Assembly: GCF_006345805.1 (NCBI RefSeq)
Contig: NC_043023.1
Span: 1,612,001-1,676,000 of the forward strand
Origin: Octopus sinensis
Lineage: Eukaryota
DNA length: 64,000 nucleotides
Direction: 5' to 3'
Each line of letters begins with the position of its first letter. Within the stretch, counting starts at the first letter, position 1. Both the position numbers and the translations under genes were made by a program. The notes beneath the pieces are model-generated. The model was not told the origin of the DNA. It did no database searches and saw only the letters and a program-made list of their open reading frames with translations. Positions 25,506-40,150 of this stretch are shown one piece after another.

Positions 25506-25974
25506 ACACTGATCTGTCTATCTATCTCTCTTCTGGCTTTTAATTGTTTCAGTCAATGAACTGTGGCCATGCTGGGGCACTGCCTTGAAATATTTTAGTC
25601 AACCACAGTTCTTATATCTTTAAGCTTCAATAAGTTACAGGGATGTAAACAAACCAATACCAGTAATCAAAAGGTGGTGGTGGTGGTGGTGGTGGTGGAC
25701 AAACACAAACAGACGTCTATCTATATATTAATATGTGTATGTCTGTACATACACACACGCATACACACATCCTTTCATCCTTTCATGGTCGATAAATTAA
25801 GTACCAGTGAAACACTGGGGTCCAATGTAATCAGCTTACCCCATCCCCCAAAATTTCAGACCTTGTGCTTATAGTAGAAAGGAATATATGAACTTAGATT
25901 TTAAAGCCAGAAGAAATGTTGTGAAGCATTTTGCCCAGCAAGGTACTGCTCTCGATAGCTCATCATCATCATCA

Positions 25975-26410
25975 TCACCACCATCATCAGCATCATCATT
26001 AATTTTTCATTGTGGCATGGGTGAGATGGTTTGATTGGAAGTGGTAAACCAGAGAGATGCACCAGACTTCAGTCTGTTTTGGATTAGTTTCTATGACTGG
26101 ATGTCCTCCCTAATGCCTAGATTGTATTGGGTGTCTTTTACATGTCACTGGAATGGTTGAGTCACTGGCATGGGTGCATTTTACATATGTCACTGATACA
26201 GGTGCCTTTCATGTGTCACTGGCACAGTTGCCTCTCACATGTCACCGGCATGGGTGCCAATTATGTGTCAGCAGCATGAGTGCCTGTCATTTTTCACTGG
26301 CACAAGTGCCCTTACATGTCATCGACATGGGTGATTTTTACTTGTCACTGGCACGAGTGCCTCTTACATGTCACCAGTGCAGGTGCCTTTTATGTGCCAC
26401 TGACAATGAC
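25975..26410 (-). repeat. RTE-tail repeat carrying a degenerate ~27-bp minisatellite (catgtcactggcacgggtgcctttta)
   Basis: About 10 degenerate units at 26130-26405. Confidence 0.7.
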
Positions 26411-26904
26411 CACTCTATTAGAGGGAGGAAAGAAGTAGAGGGATGAAAATATACATCACAATGTTTTTTGGAAGCAGAGGAGTAAAAGTTGTTGTTGAGA
26501 GAGAACAGAGTGAGAGAGAGAGCACGTGTAAGTATGCGATAGATAGACAGATAGATATTGTTGTCATCACGGTTACTAACAAGTTTTGATCAAAAACAAA
26601 GGAATTTTAAGAGCAAGTCTGTCAACACAACGCAACACAGCTCTCAAGGAAACACAAGACATTCATTATCTAACAATACAGATAGTTTTTTTGTTTTTTT
26701 GGGCGTATGTGTTTGTATTTCTGCAAGTCTTTTAACAGACATACTTTATAATGACAGACTATTGTTGTTGAGGGAGAAATCCAGTGAGAGAAACAGAGAG
26801 AGAGAGAGAGAAGTGTATGTGTGTGAAAGATAGATAGGTAGACTGTTATAACTAGAGTGACTAGAGAGACTTTCATTATATAACAGTCTACTATTAAAAG
26901 AAGT

Positions 26905-28355
26905 TATTCTGTTATTTGTTTCAGTCATTTGACTGTGGCTATGCTGGAGAACTGCCTTAAAGGGTTTTAGTCAAACAAATTGACCCCAGGGCTTATTTTT
27001 TTTAAATGTAGTACATATTCTATCAGTCTCTTTTGTCAAAACACTGAGTTATGGGGACATAACCAAGCGGTGATGGGGGCACAAACACAAAGACACAAAC
27101 ACATGCATGCATGCGTGCGTGCGTGCGTACGTACGTACGTACGTACGTACATACATACATACATACATAAATACATACATACATACATACATACATACAT
27201 ACACTCATACATACATACATACATACATACATACATACATACATAAATACATACATACATACATACATACATACATACATACATACACTCATACATACAT
27301 ACATACATACATACATACATACATACACACATACATACATACACCACATACATACATATATACATACATACACACATACATACATACCTACATACATACA
27401 CACATACATACATCACATACATACATACACCACATACATACATACATACATACATACATACATACATACATACATACATACAACATACATACATACATAA
27501 CATACATACATACATACACCACACATACATACATACATACATACCTACATACATACATACAACACACACACATACATACCACACACATACATACATACAT
27601 ACATACATACATACATACATACATACATACATACATACACGCATACATACATCATACATACACACACACATACATACATACATACATACATCATACATAC
27701 ATACACAACATACATACATACATACATACATACATACACATACATACATACATACATACATACATACATACATACATACATACATACATACACACACATA
27801 CATACATACATACATACATACATACATACATACACACACACGCATACATACATACATACATACACACATACATACATACATACATACATACATACATACA
27901 TACATACACACATACATACATACACACATACATACATATATACATACATACACACATACATACATATATACATACATACACACATACATACATACATACA
28001 TACATACATGCATACATACATACATACACACACACATACATACACACACAACATACATACATACATACATACATACATACATACATACATACATACATAC
28101 ATACACACACACGCATACATACATACATACATACATACATACATACATACACACATACATACATACATACATACATACATACATACATACATACACACAT
28201 ACATACATACATACATACACACACACGCATACATACATACATACACACACACGCATACATACATACATACATACATACAAACGTACATACATACATACAT
28301 ACACACATACATACATACACACATACATACATATATACATACATACACACATACA

Positions 28356-28389
<34 letters not shown>

Positions 28390-28402
28390 CATACATACAT
28401 AT

Positions 28403-28433
<31 letters not shown>

Positions 28434-28908
28434 CATACATACATATATACATACATACATACATACAAACACACACACGCATACATACATACATACATAC
28501 ATACATACATACATACATACACACATACATACAACATACATACATACATACATACATACATACGTACATGCATACAAACATACATACATACATACATACA
28601 TACATACATACATACATACATACATACATACGTACATGCATACAAACATACATACAGACATACATACATACGTACATACATACGTACGTACATACATACA
28701 TACGTACATGCATACAAACATACATACATACATACATACATACATACAAACATACATACATACATACGTACATGCATACAAACATACATACATACATACA
28801 TACATACATACGTACATACATACATACATACATACATGCATACAAACATACATACATACATACATACATACATACAAACATACATACATACATACGTACG
28901 TACGTACA

Positions 28909-28942
<34 letters not shown>

Positions 28943-29284
28943 CATACATACATACATACATACATACATACACACATACATACATACATACATACATACA
29001 TACATACACACACACGCATACATACATACATACATACATACATACGTACATTCATACATACATACATACATACATACATACATACATACATACATACATA
29101 CATACATACATACATACATACACACACACGCATACATACATACATACATACATACATACATACATACATACATACACACATACATACATACACACATACA
29201 TACATATATACATACATACATACATACATACAACTACATACATACATACACACAACATACATACATACATACACACATACATCA

Positions 29285-29316
<32 letters not shown>

Positions 29317-29338
29317 CATACATACATATATACATACA

Positions 29339-29372
<34 letters not shown>

Positions 29373-29457
29373 CATACATACATACATACACACACACGCA
29401 TACATACATACATACATACATACATACATACATACATACATACGTACATGCATACAA

Positions 29458-29488
<31 letters not shown>

Positions 29489-29574
29489 CATACATACATA
29501 CATACATACATACATACGTACATGCATACAAACATACATACATACATACGTACGTACGTACGTACATACATACA

Positions 29575-29608
<34 letters not shown>

Positions 29609-29624
29609 CATACATACATATACA

Positions 29625-29658
<34 letters not shown>

Positions 29659-29698
29659 CATACATACATACATACATACACACACACGCATACATACA

Positions 29699-29732
<34 letters not shown>

Positions 29733-29753
29733 CATACATACATACATACATAT

Positions 29754-29816
<63 letters not shown>

Positions 29817-29968
29817 CATATACATACATACATACAATATACATACATACATACATACATACATACATACATACAATACATATATACATACATACATACA
29901 TACACATACATACATATATACATACATACATACATACATACATACATACATACATAATACATACATAT

Positions 29969-29999
<31 letters not shown>

Positions 30000-30013
30000 C
30001 ATACATAATACAT

Positions 30014-30063
<50 letters not shown>

Positions 30064-30168
30064 CACACACACACACACACACACACCACACACACACACA
30101 CACACACATACATACATACATACATACATACATACATACATACATACATACATACATACATACATACA

Positions 30169-30219
<51 letters not shown>

Positions 30220-30378
30220 GATGGGCTTCTTTCAGTTTCTGTCTAACAAATCCACTCATAAGGCTTTGGTCAGTCTGAAGCTATAGTAGAAGATACTTGC
30301 TCGAGGTGCCACACAGTGAAACTGAACCTGGAACCATGTGGTTGAGAAACATGCTTTTTACAACACAGTCATGCCTGT
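26905..30378 (-). mobile_element. SINE family A whose internal microsatellite has expanded to ~3.1 kb
   Basis: SINE 3' half at 26905-27100 and 5' half at 30218-30378, in the same orientation and correct order. Confidence 0.85.
27103..30218. repeat. (ACAT)n microsatellite, ~3.1 kb, with variant blocks
   Basis: Direct inspection. Confidence 0.98.
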
Positions 30379-31539
30379 ACATGATTAATTTAATTTATTG
30401 ACTCTGAAAAAATGAAAGGCAAAGTTGACCTCAGCGTGATTTGAACATAGACTATAAAGACATTTTGCCCGGCTTGCTAACTATTCTGCCAGCTCGCACA
30501 AGGCCACACGATGAGGTGGACAGTTGGTACATCCAAACCAGGAATGTTGAAACACAATGGTGACCTCACAGGATTTGAACTGAAAACGTAAACCAGTGTA
30601 ATGCAATACCCACAAACACATTTTCAATTACATGGAACATGAACAAAATATAGTATAGACCAGTGGTGATGGTGTGGTGGTGGTGGTGGTGACAGTGGTG
30701 GATGTGGTGATAAAGCTTATGATGATGCTGATGATGAGGAGACTTAGATAGATGAGGATAATGATGATGATGATGAAGAATGCAAGGCTGATCATGTTGG
30801 GAATGTTAGTGATGGAGATAATGATGGCAATGATGATGATGGTGTTGGTGATGGTTGTGGAAGCTGATGATGGTTGTGGCAATGATAGCAATGATGGTAG
30901 TGATGAAGGTGGCAGTGATGGTGATGATGGTTACAAGGATGACAATGATTGAATGGATGAAGTAAACAAACACAAAAAAACATCCCCACAAAAAAAAAAA
31001 CGGTTGCTTAAAATATAAACTTGGCCTCATCTCGTCTCATATTTACAGTGTGTGTGTGTGTGGTGTGTGTGTGTGTGTGTGTGTGATTGTGTATATATAT
31101 ATATAAATATATATACATATATTTTATGTGTGTGTATGTTTATATACACACATATATATATTTATATATATGTATAGATCAATACATATATCCATATACA
31201 TACACACACATACATTTACATATGTGTATATCTCCATGTACACGTATACCTGTATGTGTATATAGATCAATATATATCTGCATATACATACATATATATA
31301 TATACATACATACATATAAGTGAATAATGGAGTAGCTGGTATTACATGTATGATAATGGTAAATGCCTAGATTATAAATATATACATATATATATATATG
31401 TGTATATATATACACGTATATATATGCATGTATATATATATATATGATGTATTTAGAGTAAAAAAAATACAAATACAAAATTTTTTGAGAAACTGAGAGG
31501 TGTAAAGGAATTTTGACAGTCCTGACCCTTTTAGACTGA

Positions 31540-32010
31540 TGGATGGTGAGGATAGTGGAGGTGGCGATGGTGATGGCGATGATGATGTCGCTGGTTATGA
31601 TGAATGGTGATTATAATGATGATGATGATGGTGGTGGTGATGATAACGATGATGATGGTGATGATAACAATGATGATGGTGATGATAACGATGATGATGG
31701 TATTGATGGTGATAATCATGATGGTTATAATGAATGGTGATGATGATGATGATGATGATGACAGGGATGATGATGGTGGTGATGAGAATGGTGATGATGG
31801 TGATGGTTATGATGAATGGTGATGATGATGGTAGTGATGATCATGAAGATGGCAATAATGATAGAGATGATGGTTGTCATGGTGATGATGATGATGGTGA
31901 TGATAATGACACTGATGATGATAATGATATTGATAATGATGATGATGTTGATAATGATAGTGATGATGGTGGTGATGACAATGAGGCTGATGATGACAAT
32001 GATGATGAAA
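31540..32010. repeat. (GAT/GGT)n low-complexity tract
   Basis: Direct inspection. Confidence 0.9.
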
Positions 32011-32895
32011 ACAAACAGCAAAAGCAGCAGTCACATCACCAACACCATCACCCTAACAACACCAACAACAACAGAAGGAAGAGGAAGTGGAGGAGGAGGA
32101 GGGGGCAAAGCTAGCCAGGGAAGACCAACCCAAGGCAGAAACACATGCGGAGAAGCAAGGAGTATTCATTAAGACGAGGATGCATCTCAATGATGAGTAG
32201 CCCCTCAATCTTCTTGTCATCACACTGAAACCTAAGGCGCTGACAGAGAGAGCTTTTTAGAAGAACAAGAAGATTCTGAAGACAGGAATCGAGAACCAAA
32301 AGATGCAATAAAAAAAAAAAGAAAACGCTAAGAGCAAAAGAGAGGAAAAGAGGAGCCGGCAGAGCGCAGAGGGACCAGAATACTTGACAGAGCAGGGCAC
32401 AACAAGGTATCGGTTTACTGTAACTGAAGTCAGGAGTACATCATGTTGAAATATAGAGTGAAGCTTGAATGGAGGGTGGGGGTGTGGAAGGGAAAATAAA
32501 GGGAAGTAGTGGTGGTGGTGGTGGTGATGGTGATGGGTTGCTGCACACCACTCCATCACCATTGACAGCAATGCTATGACCATCATTATCATCATCCTCA
32601 CCATCACAACCATCATATCATCATTATCATTACTATTACCATCACCAACATGAAATGAAGTGTTTTGCTCAAGAACACGTCGCCCAGTTCAGGAATCGAA
32701 ACCACAATCTTAAGATCACGAATTCAACACACTAACCACTTTGTAATGTGCCTCTCCAGAAGGTAAAGTTTCCTTCTTGAGTGATGCAGAAACATAAGGG
32801 CCAATTTCATGGTGTATATAGTCCCCACCTGGATGGGACACCAGTCCGTCACAGGGTTCCTCATTTTTGCCAGTTGGGTGGACTGGAGCAATGTG

Positions 32896-35289
32896 AAATA
32901 AAGTGTTTTGCTCAAGAACACAATGTATTGCCTGGTCCAGGAATTGAAACCACAATCTTACAATCATGAGTCCAACACCCTAACCACTAAGCCATGCACC
33001 TTCACATCCAGGCATTTAAGGGAGTCTGTTTCTGGAGTGAAATGAAGTGTTTTGCTCAAGAACACAATGTATTGCCTGGTCCAGGAATTGAAACCACAAT
33101 CTTACAATCATGAGTCCAACACCCTAACCACTAAGCCATGACCCTTCACATCCAGGCATTTAAGGGAGTCTGTTTCTGGAGTGAAATGAAGTGTTTTGCT
33201 CAAGAACACAATGTATTGCCTGGTCCAGGAATTGAAATCACAATCTTACAATCATGAGTCCAACACCCTAACCACTAAGCATGCACCTTCACATCCAGGC
33301 ATTTAAGAGAGTCTGTTTCTGGAGTGAAATGAAGTGTTTTGCTCAAGAACACAATGTATTGCCTGGTCCAGGAATTGAAACCACAATCTTACAATCATGA
33401 GTCCAACACCCTAACCACTAAGCCATGCACCTTCACATCCAGGCATTTAAGAGAGTCTGTTTCTGGAGTGAAATGAAGTGTTTTGCTCAAGAACACAATG
33501 TATTGCCTGGTCCAGGAATTGAAACCACAATCTTACAATCATGAGTCAACACCCTAACCACTAGCCATGCACCTTCACATCCAGGCATTTAAGAGAGTCT
33601 GTTTCTGGAGTGAAATGAAGTGTTTTGCTCAAGAACACATGTATTGCCTGGTCCAGGAATTGAAACCACAATCTTACAATCATGAGTCCAACACCCTAAC
33701 CACTAAGCCATGCACCTTCACATCCAGGCATTTAAGGGAGTCTGTTCTGGAGTGAAATGAAGTGTTTTGCTCAAGAACACAATGTATTGCCTGGTCCAGG
33801 AATTGAAACCACAATCTTACAATCATGAGTCCAACACCCTAACCACTAAGCCATGCACCTTCACATCCAGGCATTTAAGGGAGTCTGTTTCTGGAGTGAA
33901 ATGAAGTGTTTTGCTCAAGAACACAATGTATTGCCTGGTCCAGGAATTGAAACCACAATCTTACAATCATGAGTCCAACACTCTAACCACTAAGCCATGC
34001 ACCTTCACATCCAGGCATTTAAGGGAGTCTGTTTCTGGAGTGAAATGAAGTGTTTTGCTCAAGAACACAATGTATTGCCTGGTCCAGGAATTGAAACCAC
34101 AATCTTACAATCATGAGTCCAACACTCTAACCACTAAGCCATGCACCTTCACATCCAGGCATTTAAGAGAGTCTGTTTCTGGAGTGAAATGAAGTGTTTT
34201 GCTCAAGAACACAATGTTTGCCTGGTCCAGGAATTGAAACCACAATCTTACAATCATGAGTCCAACACCCTAACCACTAAGCCATGCACCTTCACATCCA
34301 GTCATTTAAGAGAGTCTTTTTCTGGAGTGAAATGAAGTGTTTTGCTCAAGAACACAATGTATTGCCTGGTCCAGGAATTGAAACCACAATCTTACAATCA
34401 TGAGTCCACACCCTAACCACTAAGCCATGCACCTTCACATCCAGTCATTTAAGAGAGTCTGTTTCTGGAGTGAATGAAGTGTTTTGCTCAAGACACAATG
34501 TATTGCTTGGTCCAGGAATTGAAACCACAACCTTACGATTGTGAAACCAACACCCTAACCACTAAGCCATGCACCTTCACATCCAGGCATTTAAGAGAGT
34601 CTGTTTCTGGAGTGAAATGAAGTGTTTTGCTCAAGAACACAATGTATTGCCCGGTCCAGGAATTGAAACCACAATCTTACAATCATGAGTCCAACACCCT
34701 AACCACTAAGCCATGCACCTTCACATCCAGTCATTTAAGGGAGTCTGTTTCTGGAGTGAAATGAAGTGTTTTGCTCAAGAACACAATGTATTGCCTGGTC
34801 CAGGAATTGAAACCACAATCTTACAATCATGAGTCCAACACCCTAACCACTAAGCCATGAACCTTCACATCCAGGCATTTAAGAGAGTCTGTTTCTGGAG
34901 TGAAATGAAGTGTTTTGCTCAGAACACAATGTATTGCCTGGTCCAGAATTGAAACCACAATCTTACAATCATGAGTCCAACACCCTAACCACTAAGCCAT
35001 GCACCTTCACATCCAGGCATTTAAGAGAGTCTGTTTCTGGAGTGAAATGAAGTGTTTTGCTCAAGAACACAATGTATTGCCTGGTCCGGAATTGAAACCA
35101 CAATCTTACAATCATGAGTCCAACACCCTAACCACTAAGCCATGCACCTTCACATCCAGGCATTTAAGAGAGTCTGTTTCTGGAGTGAAATGAAGTGTTT
35201 TGCTCAAGAACACAATGTATTGCCTGGTCCAGGAATTGAAACCACAATCTTACAATCATGAGTCCAACACCCTAACCACTGAGCCACAT
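32896..35289 (-). repeat. Tandem array of 17 SINE tRNA-like heads, 144-bp period
   Basis: 17 occurrences of aagtgttttgctc(a)a at ~144-bp spacing; the minus strand of each unit has GGTGCATGGCTTAGTGGTTAGGG (A box) ... GGTTTCAATTCC (B box); SINE body attached at 32765-32895. Confidence 0.95.
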
Positions 35290-35706
35290 GTTTCACTAAT
35301 ACCACCATTACCATCACCACTATTGTCACCATCAGTCTGCACTACCACCACCACCATCACAATTACCATCATGATCACCATTATCACCACCAGCACTGCC
35401 ACAACTAGTATCATCATTGTTATCATCACCTCTACAACACTACTACCACAACCACCATCTCCAACACCATCATAAACACTACCATCAACGCCCATCACTA
35501 CCATATCACCACTCTCTCCTAACTTGCCTGATTCAACCATGTTGTCGTAACAGGCAAGTTAAAGCTACCCTACTACTAAAATGCAAACTTTTTTGAACTT
35601 ATAATATTCTGTGTGTGTATATATATACAGATACAATACCAATATTCTACTGAACTTTTTAATAATTCCTTCTGGAAACTATCTTTAACATTTTCTTGAG
35701 AATGTA

Positions 35707-36095
35707 TATCATCATCATCATCATCGTTTAACGTCCGTTCTCCATGCTAGCATGGGTTGGACAGTTCAACTGGGGTCTGGGAAGCCAGAAGGCTGCACCA
35801 GGCTCCAGTCTTATCTGGCAATGTTTCTACAGCTGGATGCCCTTCCTAACGCCAACCACTCCGTGAGTGTAGTGGGTGCTTTTTACGTGCCACCTGCACA
35901 GGTGCTAGGCAAGGCTGGCAACGGCCACACGAGGCTGGCAACGGCCACGCAAGGCTGGCAACGGCCACGCAAGGCTGGCAATGGCCACGGTCGGATTGGT
36001 GCATTTTACGTGCCACCGGCACGGAAGCCAGTCGAGGCGACACTGGCATCGGCCACGAGTCGGATAGTGCTTTTTACGTACCACCAGTCCAGGGG
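35707..36095 (-). mobile_element. RTE-tail repeat with internal 20-bp tandem (aaggctggcaacggccacgc x4)
   Basis: Reverse complement of 62640-62870 plus short tandem. Confidence 0.85.
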
Positions 36096-36704
36096 TCCTA
36101 GATTACAATATATATATATTGTAATCTTTTGTGCCCAATATTTTAATGAACTTGTTAAACTTTTTTATATTTTCCTATACATCCCCATAACTTAGCAGCT
36201 TGGCAAAAGAGACCGACAGAGTAAGCACAAAGCTTAAAAAACAAAAAATCCTAAGTTCAATTCATTTGACTAAAACTTCTTCAATGCATTGCCCCAGCAT
36301 GGTCTCCCTTATTTTCCCTTTTTTTTATTTTCCTTACTGTTTTTATTTTTGTTGCTTTTGTATTTTTTTTGTTTGCCTTTATTTGATGCCGTTTTGGTTT
36401 TATCTTTTTTACTAAGCACCCTACTTAAGACTCCTACCTTAGTCTACTATTGCAGCTGTACTAAAGATACCTGGGCCTATTATTAAGCATCACATGTAGT
36501 CTTAGTCTTACTGTTACAGTACCTGATATATTTTATATACTTATAATCCCTGATTACTAGTTCTAACTGCTTTGTACATATATGAGTCTCAGGTAATTAA
36601 TTAGATAGATGTTGATACTTCAGTTTTGATATAATCAGTAATTCCAGAGCTGCCTTTTGGTTTGTACATTACCAAATTCTTTCCCCTCATATCGTTTCCA
36701 AAAA

Positions 36705-37535
36705 TATGAAGGGGTTCCCAAAAGAAACTGGAATTTTACAATATTATTTTATTCGCTTAGTTTAACATGTTTACACTTTTATCACCTCGAAAGTATTCTC
36801 CGTTTGAAGCAATGCTTCGGTCCAGACGTGTTGTCCACTATTTGAAGCAGTCCTGGAACTCTTGTGAAGTGATGCCTTTCAATGTCTCTGTCATTCTTTT
36901 CTTCATCTCTTCCACATCTGCAAGTTCCATAGCACCAGCTTCCGTCATCAGTGACGACCTTCAAAGAAAGGTCCAGATCAATTTCCAACAGTTCTTTCAG
37001 TTCACAACATGCATTCAGTCATGACTGATTTCGATCTATGAGCAAGTGAGGCACAAATTTTGCTTCGGCACTTTTCATTCGCAATTCCTCATTCAAAATT
37101 CATTCAGATGAGCTCCAGGACACACCAGTCATATCAACAAGTTCATCAATTGTTCAGCAACGGTCCTCAAAGTTCAGTTCATGAATTTTCATTATGTTTT
37201 CTTTCAGGAGGTCAACAGTTTCCCTGAACAAGGTTGGTCTTCAAGTAAGAAGTGACCATCCCTAAAGTGGGAAAACTACTTGTAAACTTGTATTTTGTTC
37301 ATAGCAGTGTCCTTGTAATCTGTTTGAATCATGACAACTGTTTTGGCTGCTGCTTTCCCCAGCAGAAAACAGAATTTCATGAAAGCCCGCTGTTGCTTTA
37401 TTTCAGCCATCGCAAAAATCAACAAAGGGGGAAAAGCACTGCAAAACAATGATGCACCATGTAGCAGTATGACTTCACCTGATACTGCTGGGGACACAGA
37501 GAATGTTTCCAGTTACTTTTGGGTACCTTCTCATA
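36705..37535 (-). mobile_element. Internally deleted mariner with both TIRs
   Basis: TIRs tatgaaggggttcccaaaagaaactggaa (36705-) and revcomp tatgagaaggtacccaaaagtaactggaa (-37535); N-term MAEIKQQRAFMKFCFLLGKAAAKTVVMIQ, VVTDDGSWCYG (TGDESW-like), C-term RLDRSIASNGEYF; most of the catalytic domain missing. Confidence 0.85.
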
Positions 37536-37924
37536 TAGTTTGTTTGTTCCTACTCGAGCCATGCCTGGTTTCCTGGTTTCTTTGGTGTATAGGGAAGCTC
37601 ATATGCATAGGCGACTGCTGGTTTTCCATAAACAACCTTGCCCAGACTTGTGCCTCGGAGGGTAACTTTCTAGGTGCAATCCCATGGTCATTCATGACTG
37701 AAGGGGCTCTTTAACCATATAATGGCATGGAGAGAGGAGGCCGGTATGCACAGGCAACTTCCACTCTCCCATAAGCAATCTTGCCTGGACTTGTGCCTTG
37801 GAGGGGAACTTCCTAGGTGCAATCCTATGGTCATTTGTAACCAAAGGGGTCTTTATGCATGCATGTATGTATGTGTGTATGTATGCATGCTATGTATGTT
37901 TGTATGTAGGTATGTATGTTTATT

Positions 37925-38320
37925 TGGAGGCACATGGCTTAGTGGTTAGGGTGTTGAACTCATGATTGTAAGATTGTGGTTTCGATTCCTGGACCAGGCA
38001 ATACATTGTGTTCTTGAGCAAAAGACTTTATTTCACTCCAGAAACAGACTTTCTTAAATGCCTGGATGTGAAGGTGCATGGCTTAGTGGTTAGGGTGTTG
38101 AACTCATGATTGTAAGATTGTGGTTTCGATTCCTGGACCGGGCGACGCGTTGTGTTCTTGAGCAAAACACTTCATTTTCACATCGCTCCAGTCCACTTAG
38201 CTGGCAAAAATGAGTTATCCTGTGACGGACCGGCGTCCCTTCCAGGTGGGGAATTTCTATGCCACTGAAACTGGGAAACCAGCCCTTATGAGGCTGGCAT
38301 GACTCGAGAAGGAACATTTT
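37925..38320 (+). mobile_element. SINE with duplicated head; inverted counterpart of the 144-bp array
   Basis: Two heads joined by the same spacer (cactccagaaacagact..aaatgcctggatgtgaag) found in the array. Confidence 0.9.
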
Positions 38321-38589
38321 TTACGTATGTTTATACTGGATTTTCTATTTGTGTGGGCATGCAAGCAAGCATGCATCTATGTATGTGTTTAATGTCTTTG
38401 TTGATCTGCGTCAATACCAGAAAGAGGACAAGTGTGGAGGTGTGAACATATATTATTTTCATGATGAGGACTGTAAGGAAAGGGCAAGTGGTGCACATTA
38501 TTCTTGCTGTTGTTACTCTTGCTTCTGAGGTTGTTTTGTGTCTCTTTTAGCTTTCATTTGTTGTTGTTTTCAGGGATATAATCTATAGT

Positions 38590-39230
38590 AATGATGATGA
38601 TGGTAGTGTTGATGTTGATGGTGATGATCGGGATGAAGATGATGATGGTGATGGTGATGATAATAAAGATAACGGCAGCGGGAGTAGTGGTGATGATGAT
38701 GATGATGATGATAGTGGTGGTGATGGTGTGATGATGGTGGTAGTGATGGTCATGGTAGTGGTGATCATGGAGGTGATGGTAGTGATTGTGGTGGTGGTGG
38801 TAGTGATGATGATGATGATGATAGTGATGATAGTGATAGTTATGGTCATGGTGGTGGGGATCATGGAGATGGTGGTAGCGGTGGTGGTGGTGGTAGTGAT
38901 GATGATGATGATGATGGTGATGATCGGGATGAAGATGATGATGGTGATGATAATAAAGATAACGGCAGCAGGAGTAGTGGTGATGATGATGATGATATTG
39001 GCGGTGATGGTGTGGTGATGATGGTAGTAGTGATGGTCATGATGGTGGGGATCAAGGAGGTGGTGGTGGTGATCATGGAAGTGTTGGTGGTGATAGTGAT
39101 GGTATTGATGATTATAATGATGATGATCATGATAATGATACACACTGCAGCCCTTGACGGTGATGTTACATGTTCATGATGATGACGATGACAGGAACAA
39201 CAACAACGACGATGATGATGATGATGTTTG
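38590..39230. repeat. (GAT/GGT)n tract containing a ~300-bp internal tandem duplication
   Basis: gatgatcgggatgaagatgatgatggtgat..aataaagataacggcagc at ~38623 and ~38918. Confidence 0.85.
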
Positions 39231-39464
39231 TTATTTTTTCTAATGAGATGGAGTCTGTAATCGAGCACGTTGTTGTGATTAAGTTGTTATTTGATCTTCT
39301 CACTTGTTATTGGTGGAGGGGTGGGGGAGCCGACAGGAAACACAATACTAGAACATCCATATATTAATTTGGGGTGGATTTCACCCTCATTATCATAACT
39401 GCTTTCATTAACATCATCATTTTCATTATATATCTTGTATGTAGATACACTATCAGGGCCTGCA

Positions 39465-39469
39465 GTTTA

Positions 39470-39520
<51 letters not shown>

Positions 39521-39780
39521 GTATATATAGATATATATATACCATACACACACACACACATATATAGATACATAGATATATACATACATATAGATACATA
39601 CAGACATACATATATATACATATATCTATATATACAAATAAATATATATATAGATAGATACATACAGACATATACATACACATACATATATGTATATATA
39701 TACATAAACATACATACATGTATATATATATACATACACATACATACATGTATATATATATACATACACATACATACTTG

Positions 39781-39814
<34 letters not shown>

Positions 39815-39865
39815 TACATACATGTATATCTATATATATATACACACACACATACATACATACAT

Positions 39866-39909
<44 letters not shown>

Positions 39910-39919
39910 ATACATACAT

Positions 39920-39976
<57 letters not shown>

Positions 39977-40069
39977 TATATATACATATATGTATATATA
40001 TATATTTATCTCTGTCTATCTATCTATATATATATACATACATATGTATATATATATCTATATATATAC

Positions 40070-40120
<51 letters not shown>

Positions 40121-40150
40121 TGCATATATATGGAGAGATATATAGATATG
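39465..40150. repeat. (TA)n/(CATA)n compound microsatellite
   Basis: Direct inspection. Confidence 0.9.

Noticed and set aside
27036-30286. Very long ORFs (up to 1059 aa) on both strands
   Set aside because: Translations of the (ACAT)n microsatellite (HTYI/MYVC repeats), which lacks stop codons
32230-32410. Charged Lys/Glu-rich plus-strand stretch ending at AG|GTAT
   Set aside because: The poly-A run shifts the frame into a stop; no acceptor identified
32896-35289. CRISPR-like array or tRNA gene cluster
   Set aside because: Eukaryotic context, no unique spacers, and units lack a full tRNA acceptor stem; it is a SINE-head satellite
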